Numbered from the stretch's first letter, positions 49,945-59,042 are shown. The stretch: DNA of 64,000 nt from Candidatus Omnitrophota bacterium (GCA_043805415.1 JAZDHZ010000014.1:10393-74392); one strand, 5' to 3'. The notes: generated from the sequence alone by a model not told the origin. Numbers and translations are program-made.

Positions 49945-50077
49945 TAAATGAGTAAATTATTTATGGTGCTTTAACAACATAAATAATATTAACGAATTTA
50001 TCCCGAAGCTTAGAGGTAAATTTTCTTTGATAATTTACCGATGCTTAAGCAAGGGGACTTTCCTTTATAAAATTTTG

Positions 50078-50115
50078 GATCTCGAACCCCGCATTTTGGG
50101 GTGAGAGATCTTTTT
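50078..50115. terminator. Stem-loop with flanking T-runs between tRNA-Ser and tadA (probable intrinsic terminator, likely serving tadA on the minus strand)
   Basis: GATCTC-gaa-CCCC-gcatttt-GGGG-tga-GAGATC followed by TTTTT on the plus strand and by AAAATTTT on the minus strand. Confidence 0.4.
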
Positions 50116-50608
50116 ACTTTCTTAAATTTTTACCTTGCGCTCTTTTTTTCTGAAAGAAGTCAGATAATAAAAAAGCGCAATCATTGGCTAAAATTCCCTT
50201 AGTAATCTCAATGCAATGATTAAGCTTTTTATTATCAGCAATGTTCAGGATTGATCCGCAGGCACCGGTTTTCGGATCATCAGCTCCATAGATAATTTCT
50301 TTGATTCTTGCTAAAACCAGAGCTCCGGCACACATTGAACACGGCTCAATTGTAACATAAATACTGCATTCCGACAACCACTTATTCGCTAAAAAATTTG
50401 TTGCCTGAGTAATCGCGATCATCTCCGCGTGCGCTGTGGGATCTTTAAGCCGCTCGATCTGATTATATGCTCTGGCAATAATATTGCCCTTATGCACAAT
50501 AACCGCGCCAACCGGTACTTCATCGTCTGCGGCAGCTATTTCAGCTTGCTTAATAGCAGCTGCCATATAAAATTCATGCGGATTATTCTCAAACATATAT
50601 TCACTCAA
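50114..50608 (-). CDS. tadA: tRNA-specific adenosine(34) deaminase
   Basis: CDA-fold zinc motifs HAEMIAI and EPCSMCAGAL. Confidence 0.85.
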   Translation of the reverse strand: MSEYMFENNPHEFYMAAAIKQAEIAAADDEVPVGAVIVHKGNIIARAYNQIERLKDPTAHAEMIAITQATNFLANKWLSECSIYVTIEPCSMCAGALVLARIKEIIYGADDPKTGACGSILNIADNKKLNHCIEITKGILANDCAFLLSDFFQKKRAQGKNLRK

Positions 50609-50656
50609 TGCAAAATAATAAAACTCCCCAATTGTTTCTTGTGGAGTTTAAATTAA

Positions 50657-50733
50657 TGGTGCGCCTGGCAGGAGTCGGACCTGCAACAACTTGCTCCGTA
50701 GGCAAGTGCTCTATCCAATTGAGCTACAGGCGC
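50657..50733 (-). tRNA. tRNA-Arg (anticodon ACG), atypical T-loop
   Basis: Minus strand GCGCCTG-TA-GCTC-AATTGGATA-GAGC-A-CTTGC-CTACGGA-GCAAG-TTGTT-GCAGG-TCCGACT-CCTGC-CAGGCGC-A-CCA. Confidence 0.8.
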
Positions 50734-50813
50734 ATAGATATTATCAATTTTTATTTGGAAAACAACTCTTTACTAGTGCAAACTCTTTTCTGTCCTTTGG
50801 ACAGATCCTGCTG

Positions 50814-50945
50814 ATACAACCTTTATAGTTTATGCTTTTAGCTTGCAACCTTATGTCTTCTGTTTTTCTGTATTCTGCTTTTTCTATAAGCTATAGACCA
50901 TTAGCCATCAACTATCAGCCAAGCGCTTTTTGCTTTTTTTGTCCA
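50814..50945. repeat. Intergenic repeat family, copy 1 (uninterrupted)
   Basis: ATACAACCTTTATAGTTTATGCTTTTAGCTTGCAACCTTATG... shares about 75-80 percent identity with 54003-54017 plus 54149-54262. Confidence 0.5.
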
Positions 50946-50950
50946 GTATT

Positions 50951-51253
50951 TTATTTCTCGTCTATATCTATTTCAATGCCGCCAAAGATCATCGCGAAAA
51001 CATTGTATAAAACCGCCTGCAGACAAACCACTAGCCCGCTAACCACAGCGCTAAACACACCAAACAATATTGCCCCAATAAAACCAGTAAGCATTGTCCC
51101 AACAAACGGAACATTCTTTAACTGATGCTGCAGCTGTTCTCCGCCAAACCCGCCGCTAAATAAACCCACGATAAAGCCCACGACAAAACTCATGCCTGCA
51201 AACAACTTAAAAACTGAGACCAGATCAATGTTCTTAAACTCTATTTTCTTCAT
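50951..51253 (-). CDS. Small membrane protein (100 aa, Gly-rich TM segments)
   Basis: Hydrophobic Gly-rich segments; ORF only. Confidence 0.4.
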   Translation of the reverse strand: MKKIEFKNIDLVSVFKLFAGMSFVVGFIVGLFSGGFGGEQLQHQLKNVPFVGTMLTGFIGAILFGVFSAVVSGLVVCLQAVLYNVFAMIFGGIEIDIDEK

Positions 51254-51363
51254 GCTTACCCCCCCTGCTTATTGCACATCAAATATCCTGTCTTAAATAT
51301 CCCTTGTAAGATAGCATAAAACTTGCCAAAAAGCAAGGAAAGCCGGCAGCTCTCAGCTAAAGC

Positions 51364-52146
51364 TTAAATCTTCTCCACTGCCGAGGCTGGCACCCAGCCG
51401 ATCTTGCCATCAGGAGTTTTTATTCTTATCCAGGCATTATTGCGGTCAATGATCTCAATCTTCGCGCCCTCATATGCTTTAAAATGCACAACCGCGTCAT
51501 CTGAAGGAGCAAAGCGTGAATCTATTTCCGCGACAATAACAATCGCATTATTGATTAACCTGGTTTGCTCAAACTTTACAAACCAGATGCAACTAATCAC
51601 GCCAAGACCTACGGCTAAGCAAACAGCTGTTTTTTTAAATACGCTTATTTTAGTGAGAATAAACCCAGCGCTAAACAGCAAAACCAGAAAATACAGTACT
51701 GATAAAACCCTGGTCCAGGCATCTAAAGTAAAATGCACCGCGATATTTTTTAAAACCCCGATAAACCAATTCTGCTTTAAAGGCACAACTGAGTTATTGC
51801 ATAAAGATAAAGCGTATTGCAGGTTTGCCTGCACATCACTATCCTGAGGCAATAAAAGCTTGGCACGTTCATAATTGACTATTGCCTTGCCAACCTGGCC
51901 AAGCTTGAAAAACGTATTACCCAGATTATAATAAATATTACCGGATTGCGCTCCAGAGTCAAGAATTTCCTGATAAGCCTTTTCTGCCTGTTCATACTTG
52001 CCTTGCTGAAAAAACTCATTAGCCTTATAAAACAAGCTGGGGATTAAAGGCTTGGTTCGCGCTTCGGCATAAAACACTATTGCCGGTAATATCACCGCGC
52101 AGAAAAGCAGAATCTTCGTATATTTTAATATTGATCTGGCTTTCAT
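51364..52146 (-). CDS. batE: BatE-like protein (TPR repeats + C-terminal SH3b)
   Basis: TPR motifs (YEQAEKAYQEIL, GNIYYNLGNTFFKLGQVGKAIVNYERA) and C-terminal SH3-like WIRIKTPDGKIGWVPASAV; last gene of the Bat operon. Confidence 0.6.
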   Translation of the reverse strand: MKARSILKYTKILLFCAVILPAIVFYAEARTKPLIPSLFYKANEFFQQGKYEQAEKAYQEILDSGAQSGNIYYNLGNTFFKLGQVGKAIVNYERAKLLLPQDSDVQANLQYALSLCNNSVVPLKQNWFIGVLKNIAVHFTLDAWTRVLSVLYFLVLLFSAGFILTKISVFKKTAVCLAVGLGVISCIWFVKFEQTRLINNAIVIVAEIDSRFAPSDDAVVHFKAYEGAKIEIIDRNNAWIRIKTPDGKIGWVPASAVEKI

Positions 52147-53996
52147 TTTTTATGTGTCTCCAAATAATCAATGGCTTGGGCTAAAACTTTAAGCGTTGTC
52201 CGCATTGTTTCCTGATCTAAAGAAGCGGCAGCATAACGCGCCATATCGCATTGACTAAAACAGCTTTTTAATTTTTCTCCCATCCGCGGATCAAGGGCCT
52301 GCGATAAAATCAGCTCTTCGACAACATCTGCTGTCATCCCGGCAGAAGGCCGGTTAAACCGATGCCCCAAGTATTCCTGCAGGGTTTTAAAAATCTGCTC
52401 ATAAAATAATTCTTTTTTATTTTGTTCTAAATACAGTTTTGCTTTTTCTAATTTAGCCCTGGCTATCTTAGGCGCGCGTAATTTACGCGCATAGCTGATA
52501 TCCTGAGTTAAGCGCTCTTTTCTGGCTTGAAATAAAACTATTCCGATAAAACATAAAAGTAAAAACAGATTAAAGCCGAGAAACCCTTTATTATTATAAA
52601 CAAACTTTCCGGCAACGCGAATCTTGCCGATGTCTTCCTTGATATAGACAATATCCTGACCTAAAACCTGGGTTGAGGAAAGCGCTGGAGCCTTCTTGGA
52701 AGTATCAATAATAACTCCGACTTTTTCATCCGCGGGTAATACCTTCAGGGCAATTGGCTGATTCTGCTCAGTAAAATAAGCTTGTTTTTGCGGGTCAAAA
52801 TAAGCGAATTTTACAGCCGGGATATTTTTAATCTCAGTGTTTTGCGGAATAATAACCTGCTCAAATACCTTACTATCATCAACTGTTTTTTGCGCTTCCG
52901 CGTTATAAACCTTAAACCCCTGTAAAGAACTTAGCACCGGACTTTGCACGCTATCAAAATTACCAGTGCCTCTGATTTTCATATTAAGCGTAATCGGGTC
53001 CCCGGCTTTTAACTCCAAGGGTGCCGCGTTTACTTCCATTTTGAACGCACCCACAGCTCCGGTAAATTCCTTAGGCTTATTCTCCTCGGGAAAAGGTAAA
53101 ATATTCAATGCGGTCTCAGGAGAAGTAACATCAACCGGCATAATGCTTGCGCGGCCGAAAAGATCACCAAAAAAAGAATCATCTAACAAATCACTGCCGA
53201 AAAAGCTGCTTCTCTGGCTTGCCTTCGTCTGCCTGGTTACTACTTTTGCCTTAATTTTAACCGGCCCGATAGTCAAAGCTCCCTGCACCGAAGCATAAGC
53301 CTTGGTTTTAAACTCAACTACATCATAGATTTTTCCAGATAATTGCTCTCTGTATTGCAGCGGCTGGGTGAACGGTTCAACAACTAAGCCTTGCGTGCCT
53401 AAAACCGGATATTCAATTCCGCGGACAGTTAATTGGTTAACATAAAGCTTTATTTTTATCTCCAGTGGTTCATTAAGATATGCTTTATTTTTTTCACAGC
53501 TAAGCAAAATAAATATTCTGCCGTCAATGTCATCTTTTCTGTCTACAGACTGGACATCCGCGCTAGTCTGCAGCGGCGCTTGTCCGCGGTCAACAACAGT
53601 CAGCGTAGCAGACGGCGAAGTATAATTATCGCCATTGTAGGCAAATGAAAATGGGCCGATAGTAAATGTCCCTGTTTTCATCACAACAATCCGATAACGA
53701 TGCGTTACCGAGCTGGACATCATACCGTTCAGGCTAGTCATCTGGGTTGAAGGCCCGGCATATTGAGTTCTTAACCCCTCAATTTCAGGCAGCTGCGGCG
53801 CGGGCATTGATTGCGTATTTTCAAACACCAGCCCAAGCTGCACCATATCGCCCACCTCAACCTGATCCCGGTCTAAGTCTAATCTAAAACTAATATCCTT
53901 GGCAAAAGCCTGCGCGTTTAATATATAAACAAATGCCGCTATAAATACAAATATATTTGTTAAATATTTTTTAATTTTTCTATCTCTCATCATCAT
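52143..53996 (-). CDS. batD: BatD-like protein
   Basis: 617 aa, N-terminal signal, beta-rich periplasmic region, C-terminal TM (FLGFNLFLLLCFIGIVLF); position after BatC. Confidence 0.6.
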   Translation of the reverse strand: MMMRDRKIKKYLTNIFVFIAAFVYILNAQAFAKDISFRLDLDRDQVEVGDMVQLGLVFENTQSMPAPQLPEIEGLRTQYAGPSTQMTSLNGMMSSSVTHRYRIVVMKTGTFTIGPFSFAYNGDNYTSPSATLTVVDRGQAPLQTSADVQSVDRKDDIDGRIFILLSCEKNKAYLNEPLEIKIKLYVNQLTVRGIEYPVLGTQGLVVEPFTQPLQYREQLSGKIYDVVEFKTKAYASVQGALTIGPVKIKAKVVTRQTKASQRSSFFGSDLLDDSFFGDLFGRASIMPVDVTSPETALNILPFPEENKPKEFTGAVGAFKMEVNAAPLELKAGDPITLNMKIRGTGNFDSVQSPVLSSLQGFKVYNAEAQKTVDDSKVFEQVIIPQNTEIKNIPAVKFAYFDPQKQAYFTEQNQPIALKVLPADEKVGVIIDTSKKAPALSSTQVLGQDIVYIKEDIGKIRVAGKFVYNNKGFLGFNLFLLLCFIGIVLFQARKERLTQDISYARKLRAPKIARAKLEKAKLYLEQNKKELFYEQIFKTLQEYLGHRFNRPSAGMTADVVEELILSQALDPRMGEKLKSCFSQCDMARYAAASLDQETMRTTLKVLAQAIDYLETHKK

Positions 53997-54017
53997 GCTC
54001 GCCTATACAACCTTTAT

Positions 54018-54148
54018 TAAAGGCGGTCCGGAATCAATCATTTTGGCTCATTCTCGTCCCGCATCGTGCGGGACTCCGAGGATGAATCTCTGATTTTGCC
54101 AGTCCTATCAAAATCAGGCTTCAAACCCGCCTAAATAATTATTCCTGC
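54018..54148. mobile_element. MITE-like 131-bp insertion flanked by 7-bp direct repeat CCTTTAT
   Basis: Present in repeat copy 2 but absent from copy 1 at exactly the CCTTTAT site (54011-54017 and 54149-54155). GC-rich with perfect hairpins GTCCCGCA-tcg-TGCGGGAC and CTGATTTTG...CAAAATCAG, and terminal AGGCGG...CCGCCT. Confidence 0.4.
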
Positions 54149-54262
54149 CCTTTATAGTTTATCGCTTTTAACTTGCAACCTTATGCCTTTGTATTCAGAT
54201 TTTATTCTTTGCTTTTGACCATGAGCTATCAGCTATTAGCCAAGCATGCTTTTTATGCTTAA
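54149..54262. repeat. Intergenic repeat family, copy 2 (interrupted by the MITE-like insertion)
   Basis: CCTTTATAGTTTATCGCTTTTAACTTGCAACCTTATGCC... homologous to 50820-50945. Confidence 0.5.
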
Positions 54263-54328
54263 GCTTTTTCTGTTTTGTGTCTTCTCTTATTTGTCATTTG
54301 TAATTCGGCATTTGTCATTGTTTATCTG

Positions 54329-55045
54329 CTACCAGCCCTTTACTCCCGGAGCAGGCTGCTGCTGTTGCGCTTTATATAAATTAATCTCTTTTTGCTTATC
54401 TTCTGACTGCTGGAAGTTTTCCAACAGCATTTTAGCTTCTTGTTTTGTCATTTGCCTTCGCTGCTCATTTTGCGGCGCAGACTGCTGATCTTTTTGCTGC
54501 GGCTGCTTATCCTGCTGGCTTTGCTGATTCTGCTGACTTTGCTGGTCCTGTTTGTCTTGTTTATCCGGCTGTTTATCCTGCTGAGTTTGCTGATTCTGAT
54601 TATCCTTTTTATCTTGTTTATCTTTTTGGTCCTGCTTATCCTGCTTAGATTTTTGCTCTTGCTCGACTATTTTTTTTGTAGTTAGCTCATAATTATATTT
54701 AGCGTCTCTATCCGCGGGGTCTATGTCTATTGCCCGCTTGAAAAAATTAAGCGCTTTTTTATATATCGGGTTTGCTGAAGCCGGGTCTTTTTTTTCCGCT
54801 GCCAGGCCTTGTCCAAAAAGAGCATTGCCCAGATTATACGCCGACCATTGCTCCAGATATTTTTCCTGAGTATTCATGGATTCCAAGAAATTATCCGCAG
54901 CCTTATTATAATCAAGCTTATTATAAAAATCCACACCTTGATTATACGCATGCTCCGCGCTCAGCGGCTTATCTGCCGCGTAAACACTAGCGCATAGTCC
55001 AAACAGCAAAATATAAACCATAAAAACCCGCGATTTTCGAAACAT
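54329..55045 (-). CDS. batC: BatC-like protein (TPR + Gln/Lys/Asp-rich low-complexity region)
   Basis: N-terminal signal, TPR-like segments, long KQDKQDQ/QQSQQ low-complexity stretch. Confidence 0.6.
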   Translation of the reverse strand: MFRKSRVFMVYILLFGLCASVYAADKPLSAEHAYNQGVDFYNKLDYNKAADNFLESMNTQEKYLEQWSAYNLGNALFGQGLAAEKKDPASANPIYKKALNFFKRAIDIDPADRDAKYNYELTTKKIVEQEQKSKQDKQDQKDKQDKKDNQNQQTQQDKQPDKQDKQDQQSQQNQQSQQDKQPQQKDQQSAPQNEQRRQMTKQEAKMLLENFQQSEDKQKEINLYKAQQQQPAPGVKGW

Positions 55046-56046
55046 TATTTATCCCTCTTACTTAAAAACGGTTCTAAGCAAAGCAATAATAGCGCTAGCA
55101 CCAGCGGAATTTGAAACCGCTCCAGCAATTTTTTTTCGCGGCTGCTTTTAAGTTCTTTCTTATCCATTGCCGCGATTTTATTTTTATACAAAAACTCCAG
55201 GCCAAACTGTATGGGAGTAGATTTAATATAAGTCCCGCCGCTTTTTAAAGCAATCTCCTGTAAAAGCGCTTCATTGATTCTGGATTTCACCACTCTGCCT
55301 TGGTCATCTTTTAAAAAAGAAGTATTGTTGTTTTCATCGGTAATACTGATTAACTCGCCCTCAGTTGTGCCCACGCCGATAGTATGAATCGTTATTTTAT
55401 CTTCCGCGGCGCGCGCTGCCGCGGCAATCGGATCGCCTTCGTGGCTTTCCCCGTCGGTAATAATAATCAAAGCCCGGCTTGTGCCTTCTGAGCCGGCAGA
55501 AAAACTATCAATTGCCTGGTTGATTGCCGTGGCAATATTCGTACCCTGCCGCGGAATAATCCCGGCATTTAAATCATTGGCAGTTAGTAAAAACCCATTA
55601 TAATCTATTGTCAGCGGACACTGGACAAAAGCGCTGCCGCTAAACGCGATCAGCCCGATTCTATCACCCTGCAGCTGGCTGGCTAAATCCTCGATTGCCA
55701 GCTTAACCCTGCCTAAACGGCTGGGCAAAACATCCTTAGTCAGCATGCTTTTGGAAACATCCACTGCCACGAAAATATCCACTCCGCGGTGTTTAACCTC
55801 TTGCCAGACAAACCCCCATTGCGGCCGCAATAAGGCTAAGATCATCAGCAATAAAGCGGTAAGCAAAACCATGATTCGGGTATTTTCTTTTTTCTGATTA
55901 TAAGATCCGGCAATGCTTTTAAGTAAATGCGGATTAGCAAAATTGTTCAGCAAAAACTTTTTCTTTTTTTTGGCATAATAATACAATCCTGCTGCCGCGG
56001 CCAAAACAATAAAGAAATAATTAAAATGTAAATTCGCGAAGTTCAT
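55045..56046 (-). CDS. batB: BatB-like von Willebrand factor A domain membrane protein
   Basis: N-terminal TMs then vWA domain with MIDAS-like VDVSKSM. Confidence 0.8.
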   Translation of the reverse strand: MNFANLHFNYFFIVLAAAAGLYYYAKKKKKFLLNNFANPHLLKSIAGSYNQKKENTRIMVLLTALLLMILALLRPQWGFVWQEVKHRGVDIFVAVDVSKSMLTKDVLPSRLGRVKLAIEDLASQLQGDRIGLIAFSGSAFVQCPLTIDYNGFLLTANDLNAGIIPRQGTNIATAINQAIDSFSAGSEGTSRALIIITDGESHEGDPIAAAARAAEDKITIHTIGVGTTEGELISITDENNNTSFLKDDQGRVVKSRINEALLQEIALKSGGTYIKSTPIQFGLEFLYKNKIAAMDKKELKSSREKKLLERFQIPLVLALLLLCLEPFLSKRDK

Positions 56047-56061
56047 GATTTTCCAGTCCGC

Positions 56062-57054
56062 TTAAGGAATTTTTAATAATATAGTATTTGCCAAAAGCTG
56101 TTCTAAAACAAAAATAATTATCCCCCAGAGCAAAAACGCGGCAAACAGCTCGTCATATTGAGTGTATGCCGGCTGTTTAAACGGGGTTGTTTCTAATTTA
56201 TTTATCTGCTTATAAATCTCTTTAAGCGATGCGGTATCTGTGGCCCGAAAATATTTACCCTCCGTGATTTTGGCAATCTGAGCCAAAGACGATTCATCAA
56301 TATCAATTTCCACATATTGCAATACTTCCCGGCCGAAAGCGTCCTGCCCAGGATAAGGCACCTCGCCAATACTGCCGGCACCAATGGTATATATCTTAAC
56401 CCCTAGCGCCTTGGCTGCTTCTGCCGCTGTTTGCGGAGAAATTTTTCCGGCATTATTTCTGCCGTCAGTTAATAAGATTATAATCTTGGTTTTAGCGTCT
56501 GATGTTTTCAGCCGGCTCAAAGCCGCCATAATGCTTGAACCAATGGCTGTGCCGTCTTCGACCATGCCAATACGCACTCTTTCTAAATTAGTTAACAGCC
56601 AATTATGATCCAGCGACAAAGGACAAACCACATAAGAAGCTCCGGCAAAAGCAATCATGCCAATGCGGTCATTGACTCTTTGGCTGATAAAATCCTCCAC
56701 AACCTGCTTAACTACATATAACCGATTATAGCGCTTACCTTTTATCTGAAAATCAAGCGCGTTCATACTGGTAGAAGTATCCAGTGCCAAGACAATATCA
56801 ATTCCTTTTTTATACACTCGCTGATGAGCAATCGGCAGCTGCGGTCTGGCTAAGGCAATAATAATAAACCCGATCGCTAATATCCGCAGCAATATCAAGC
56901 GCTCTAATAAGCGGATTTTAAGCGTCGGCTTTGTCTTAATTAAATCAATTGACGAAAAACGCAAACTTGGCGTATTGCCGCTTTTCCGGCTAAAAAACCA
57001 AAGCATTGGCAGTAAAAATAAAAGGATTAAAAATAAAGGACTGCGGAAAATCAT
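56062..57054 (-). CDS. batA: BatA-like von Willebrand factor A domain membrane protein
   Basis: N-terminal TMs, vWA domain (LDTSTSM MIDAS motif), C-terminal TM. Confidence 0.8.
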   Translation of the reverse strand: MIFRSPLFLILLFLLPMLWFFSRKSGNTPSLRFSSIDLIKTKPTLKIRLLERLILLRILAIGFIIIALARPQLPIAHQRVYKKGIDIVLALDTSTSMNALDFQIKGKRYNRLYVVKQVVEDFISQRVNDRIGMIAFAGASYVVCPLSLDHNWLLTNLERVRIGMVEDGTAIGSSIMAALSRLKTSDAKTKIIILLTDGRNNAGKISPQTAAEAAKALGVKIYTIGAGSIGEVPYPGQDAFGREVLQYVEIDIDESSLAQIAKITEGKYFRATDTASLKEIYKQINKLETTPFKQPAYTQYDELFAAFLLWGIIIFVLEQLLANTILLKIP

Positions 57055-58040
57055 TTTATTGCCTCTTGCTTATTGTCAGCTTCTACTTGCTTTGTTTGTT
57101 CAATAAAATTTCTTACGCTGCGAAACGAATCTTGCGCTTCAGCGGCTGTTGATCCATATCGGGCAAATTTCACCAGATCAGATAAAATAAGAAAAGCCTG
57201 GAGTAAATGTTTTTGCTCTGTTGTCAGCACCGGCGATGTCTTGGCTTTTATCAAAAACTCTTCGGTTGACAGCCAAGGCGCTCTTAGCTGAAAGCGGTTT
57301 TCTAAATAACGCCGCATACATCCGGATAATTGCTCAAAATACTGCTCCATCAATCCCTTAACAACCAAATCCTGCTCTTGCAGTTTTTCTAACTCAGCTA
57401 AGGCAATCACATGCGCCGGGATTATAACCACTGGTTTTGTTTTTAATTTTGTCATCTGTTTTTTAACAAAAAATATTATTAGGGCAATCACAGCCAAAAC
57501 AATCAAGCCAATAACCCATCCCCAAAAATCCCGCCAAATAATAAGTTTCGGCTTAAGCGGTTTAGGACTTAAATCCTTGGCTTCTTTTTCTAATACGCTT
57601 GCCACTGTAACATTTATGCTCTGGGCAGTTATTTTCTGCCAATTAGTATCATTGTTCAGGCGATATTCCAAAGAGTACTCGGGAATAACCTGCTCTCCGG
57701 TTTGAAAAATAGTAAGCTCATAATTACGGATTATCTGATCTGCCTTATCTTGGGTTATTGCTTTTTTTTCCTTTAAGTTTCTGATGTCAAAAGCTCCGAG
57801 GGTTTGATTGTCTTTTGCTTCCAAAAACTTTAACTCAGCCTCAGCCGGGACTTTAAAGGAAACCGTATAATGGATAATCTCTCCGATATTAACCGTGGTT
57901 TTATCAACCTCGGCCTTAATCTCTGGAATAAAAACTGTCCGCGCTTTTTCGGCAAAAGCGCAGAGCAGAGATATATTGCTGAAAATGAACAGGCTGATCA
58001 GCAGTTTATTTATCCGTGAAAAAATTTTTTTCTTGTTCAT
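57051..58040 (-). CDS. Membrane protein of the MoxR/Bat operon (DUF4381-like position and topology)
   Basis: Signal sequence, periplasmic N-domain, central TM (WGWVIGLIVLAVIALIIFFV), cytoplasmic helical C-domain; overlaps the BatA start by 4 nt. Confidence 0.5.
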   Translation of the reverse strand: MNKKKIFSRINKLLISLFIFSNISLLCAFAEKARTVFIPEIKAEVDKTTVNIGEIIHYTVSFKVPAEAELKFLEAKDNQTLGAFDIRNLKEKKAITQDKADQIIRNYELTIFQTGEQVIPEYSLEYRLNNDTNWQKITAQSINVTVASVLEKEAKDLSPKPLKPKLIIWRDFWGWVIGLIVLAVIALIIFFVKKQMTKLKTKPVVIIPAHVIALAELEKLQEQDLVVKGLMEQYFEQLSGCMRRYLENRFQLRAPWLSTEEFLIKAKTSPVLTTEQKHLLQAFLILSDLVKFARYGSTAAEAQDSFRSVRNFIEQTKQVEADNKQEAIK

Positions 58041-58042
58041 AA

Positions 58043-58924
58043 TTAAGTTCGCAATCGTTTTCCTCTTGTGCGGAAAAATCGATAAACCGCCTCGCTATAA
58101 GGCACATTAGTTTTAATATCCACAATATCCACGCCTGCCTGGCGCAGCAAGCGCGCCCGTTCTGAAAGCTTCTCGCCGCTTCTGCGCGCGAACTCCTCGC
58201 GCGCGTTTTTATCCGAAGAATCAATATAAAACTCCTGCTTGGTTTCATTATCCTGCAGCTTGACAATTCCAGCTTGCGGCAAATTTTGCTCCGCGGGATC
58301 AGTAATCGTCATGGCCACTAAATCATGTCTTTTATTTGTGATTTTAATTTGCTGCTTAAATTCACAGCCAAAGAAATCCGAGATTAAAAAACAAATCGCT
58401 TTTTTCCGAATAACCTTATTTAAATATTCCAGCGCCAGCCCAATATCCGTGCCCGTTCCTTTGGGTTTATGATATAAAACCTCACGGATAACCCGCAGCA
58501 CATGCCGCAAGCCTTTGCGCGGCGGAATAAACTGTTCGATTTGGTCTGAGAAAATTATCAGACCAACGCGGTCATTATTTTTTATCGCTGAAAAAGCCAG
58601 CACTGAACACAGCTCCGCGGCTTGCTCGCTTTTCAGTTTGTTTTGCGTGCCAAAATAACTCGACCCCGAAGCATCCATAATCAGCATCACTGTCAGCTGG
58701 CGTTCTTCGACAAATTTCTTGATATAAGGATGCCCCATGCGCGCCGTAACATTCCAATCAATGGACCGAATATCATCGCCCGGCTGATATTCGCGCACCT
58801 CATCAAATTCCATGCCCTTGCCTTTAAATACGCTGTGATACTGGCCGGCAAAAACATCATTAACCATACGCGATGTTTTGATTTGAATCCGTCTGATTTT
58901 ATCTAAAACTTCTTTGGGTAACAT
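58043..58924 (-). CDS. DUF58-domain protein (vWA-like, MoxR partner)
   Basis: Conserved DUF58 core: YQPGDDIRSIDWNVTARMGHPYIKKF...LTVMLIMDASGS. Confidence 0.75.
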   Translation of the reverse strand: MLPKEVLDKIRRIQIKTSRMVNDVFAGQYHSVFKGKGMEFDEVREYQPGDDIRSIDWNVTARMGHPYIKKFVEERQLTVMLIMDASGSSYFGTQNKLKSEQAAELCSVLAFSAIKNNDRVGLIIFSDQIEQFIPPRKGLRHVLRVIREVLYHKPKGTGTDIGLALEYLNKVIRKKAICFLISDFFGCEFKQQIKITNKRHDLVAMTITDPAEQNLPQAGIVKLQDNETKQEFYIDSSDKNAREEFARRSGEKLSERARLLRQAGVDIVDIKTNVPYSEAVYRFFRTRGKRLRT

Positions 58925-59007
58925 GGCTTCTTTCCGAAGAATGTCAAATTACAAATTTCAAAACATTAATCTTTTTATCTATTTGTTATTTTTTATTTAT
59001 TTCTTTT

Positions 59008-59040
59008 CATTTGTCATTTGCCATTTGGCATTTGTCATTT
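59008..59040. repeat. Tandem heptamer repeats (CATTTGN)x5
   Basis: catttgt catttgc catttgg catttgt cattt between the MoxR and DUF58 genes; a related array TATTTGTCATTTGTAATTCGGCATTTGTCATTG lies at 54288-54320 between batC and batD. Confidence 0.5.
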
Positions 59041-59042
59041 TT

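Noticed and set aside
54440-54997. Several plus-strand ORFs (54440-54685, 54445-54648, 54772-54990, 54809-54997)
   Set aside because: Antisense translations of the BatC low-complexity Gln/Lys-rich coding region
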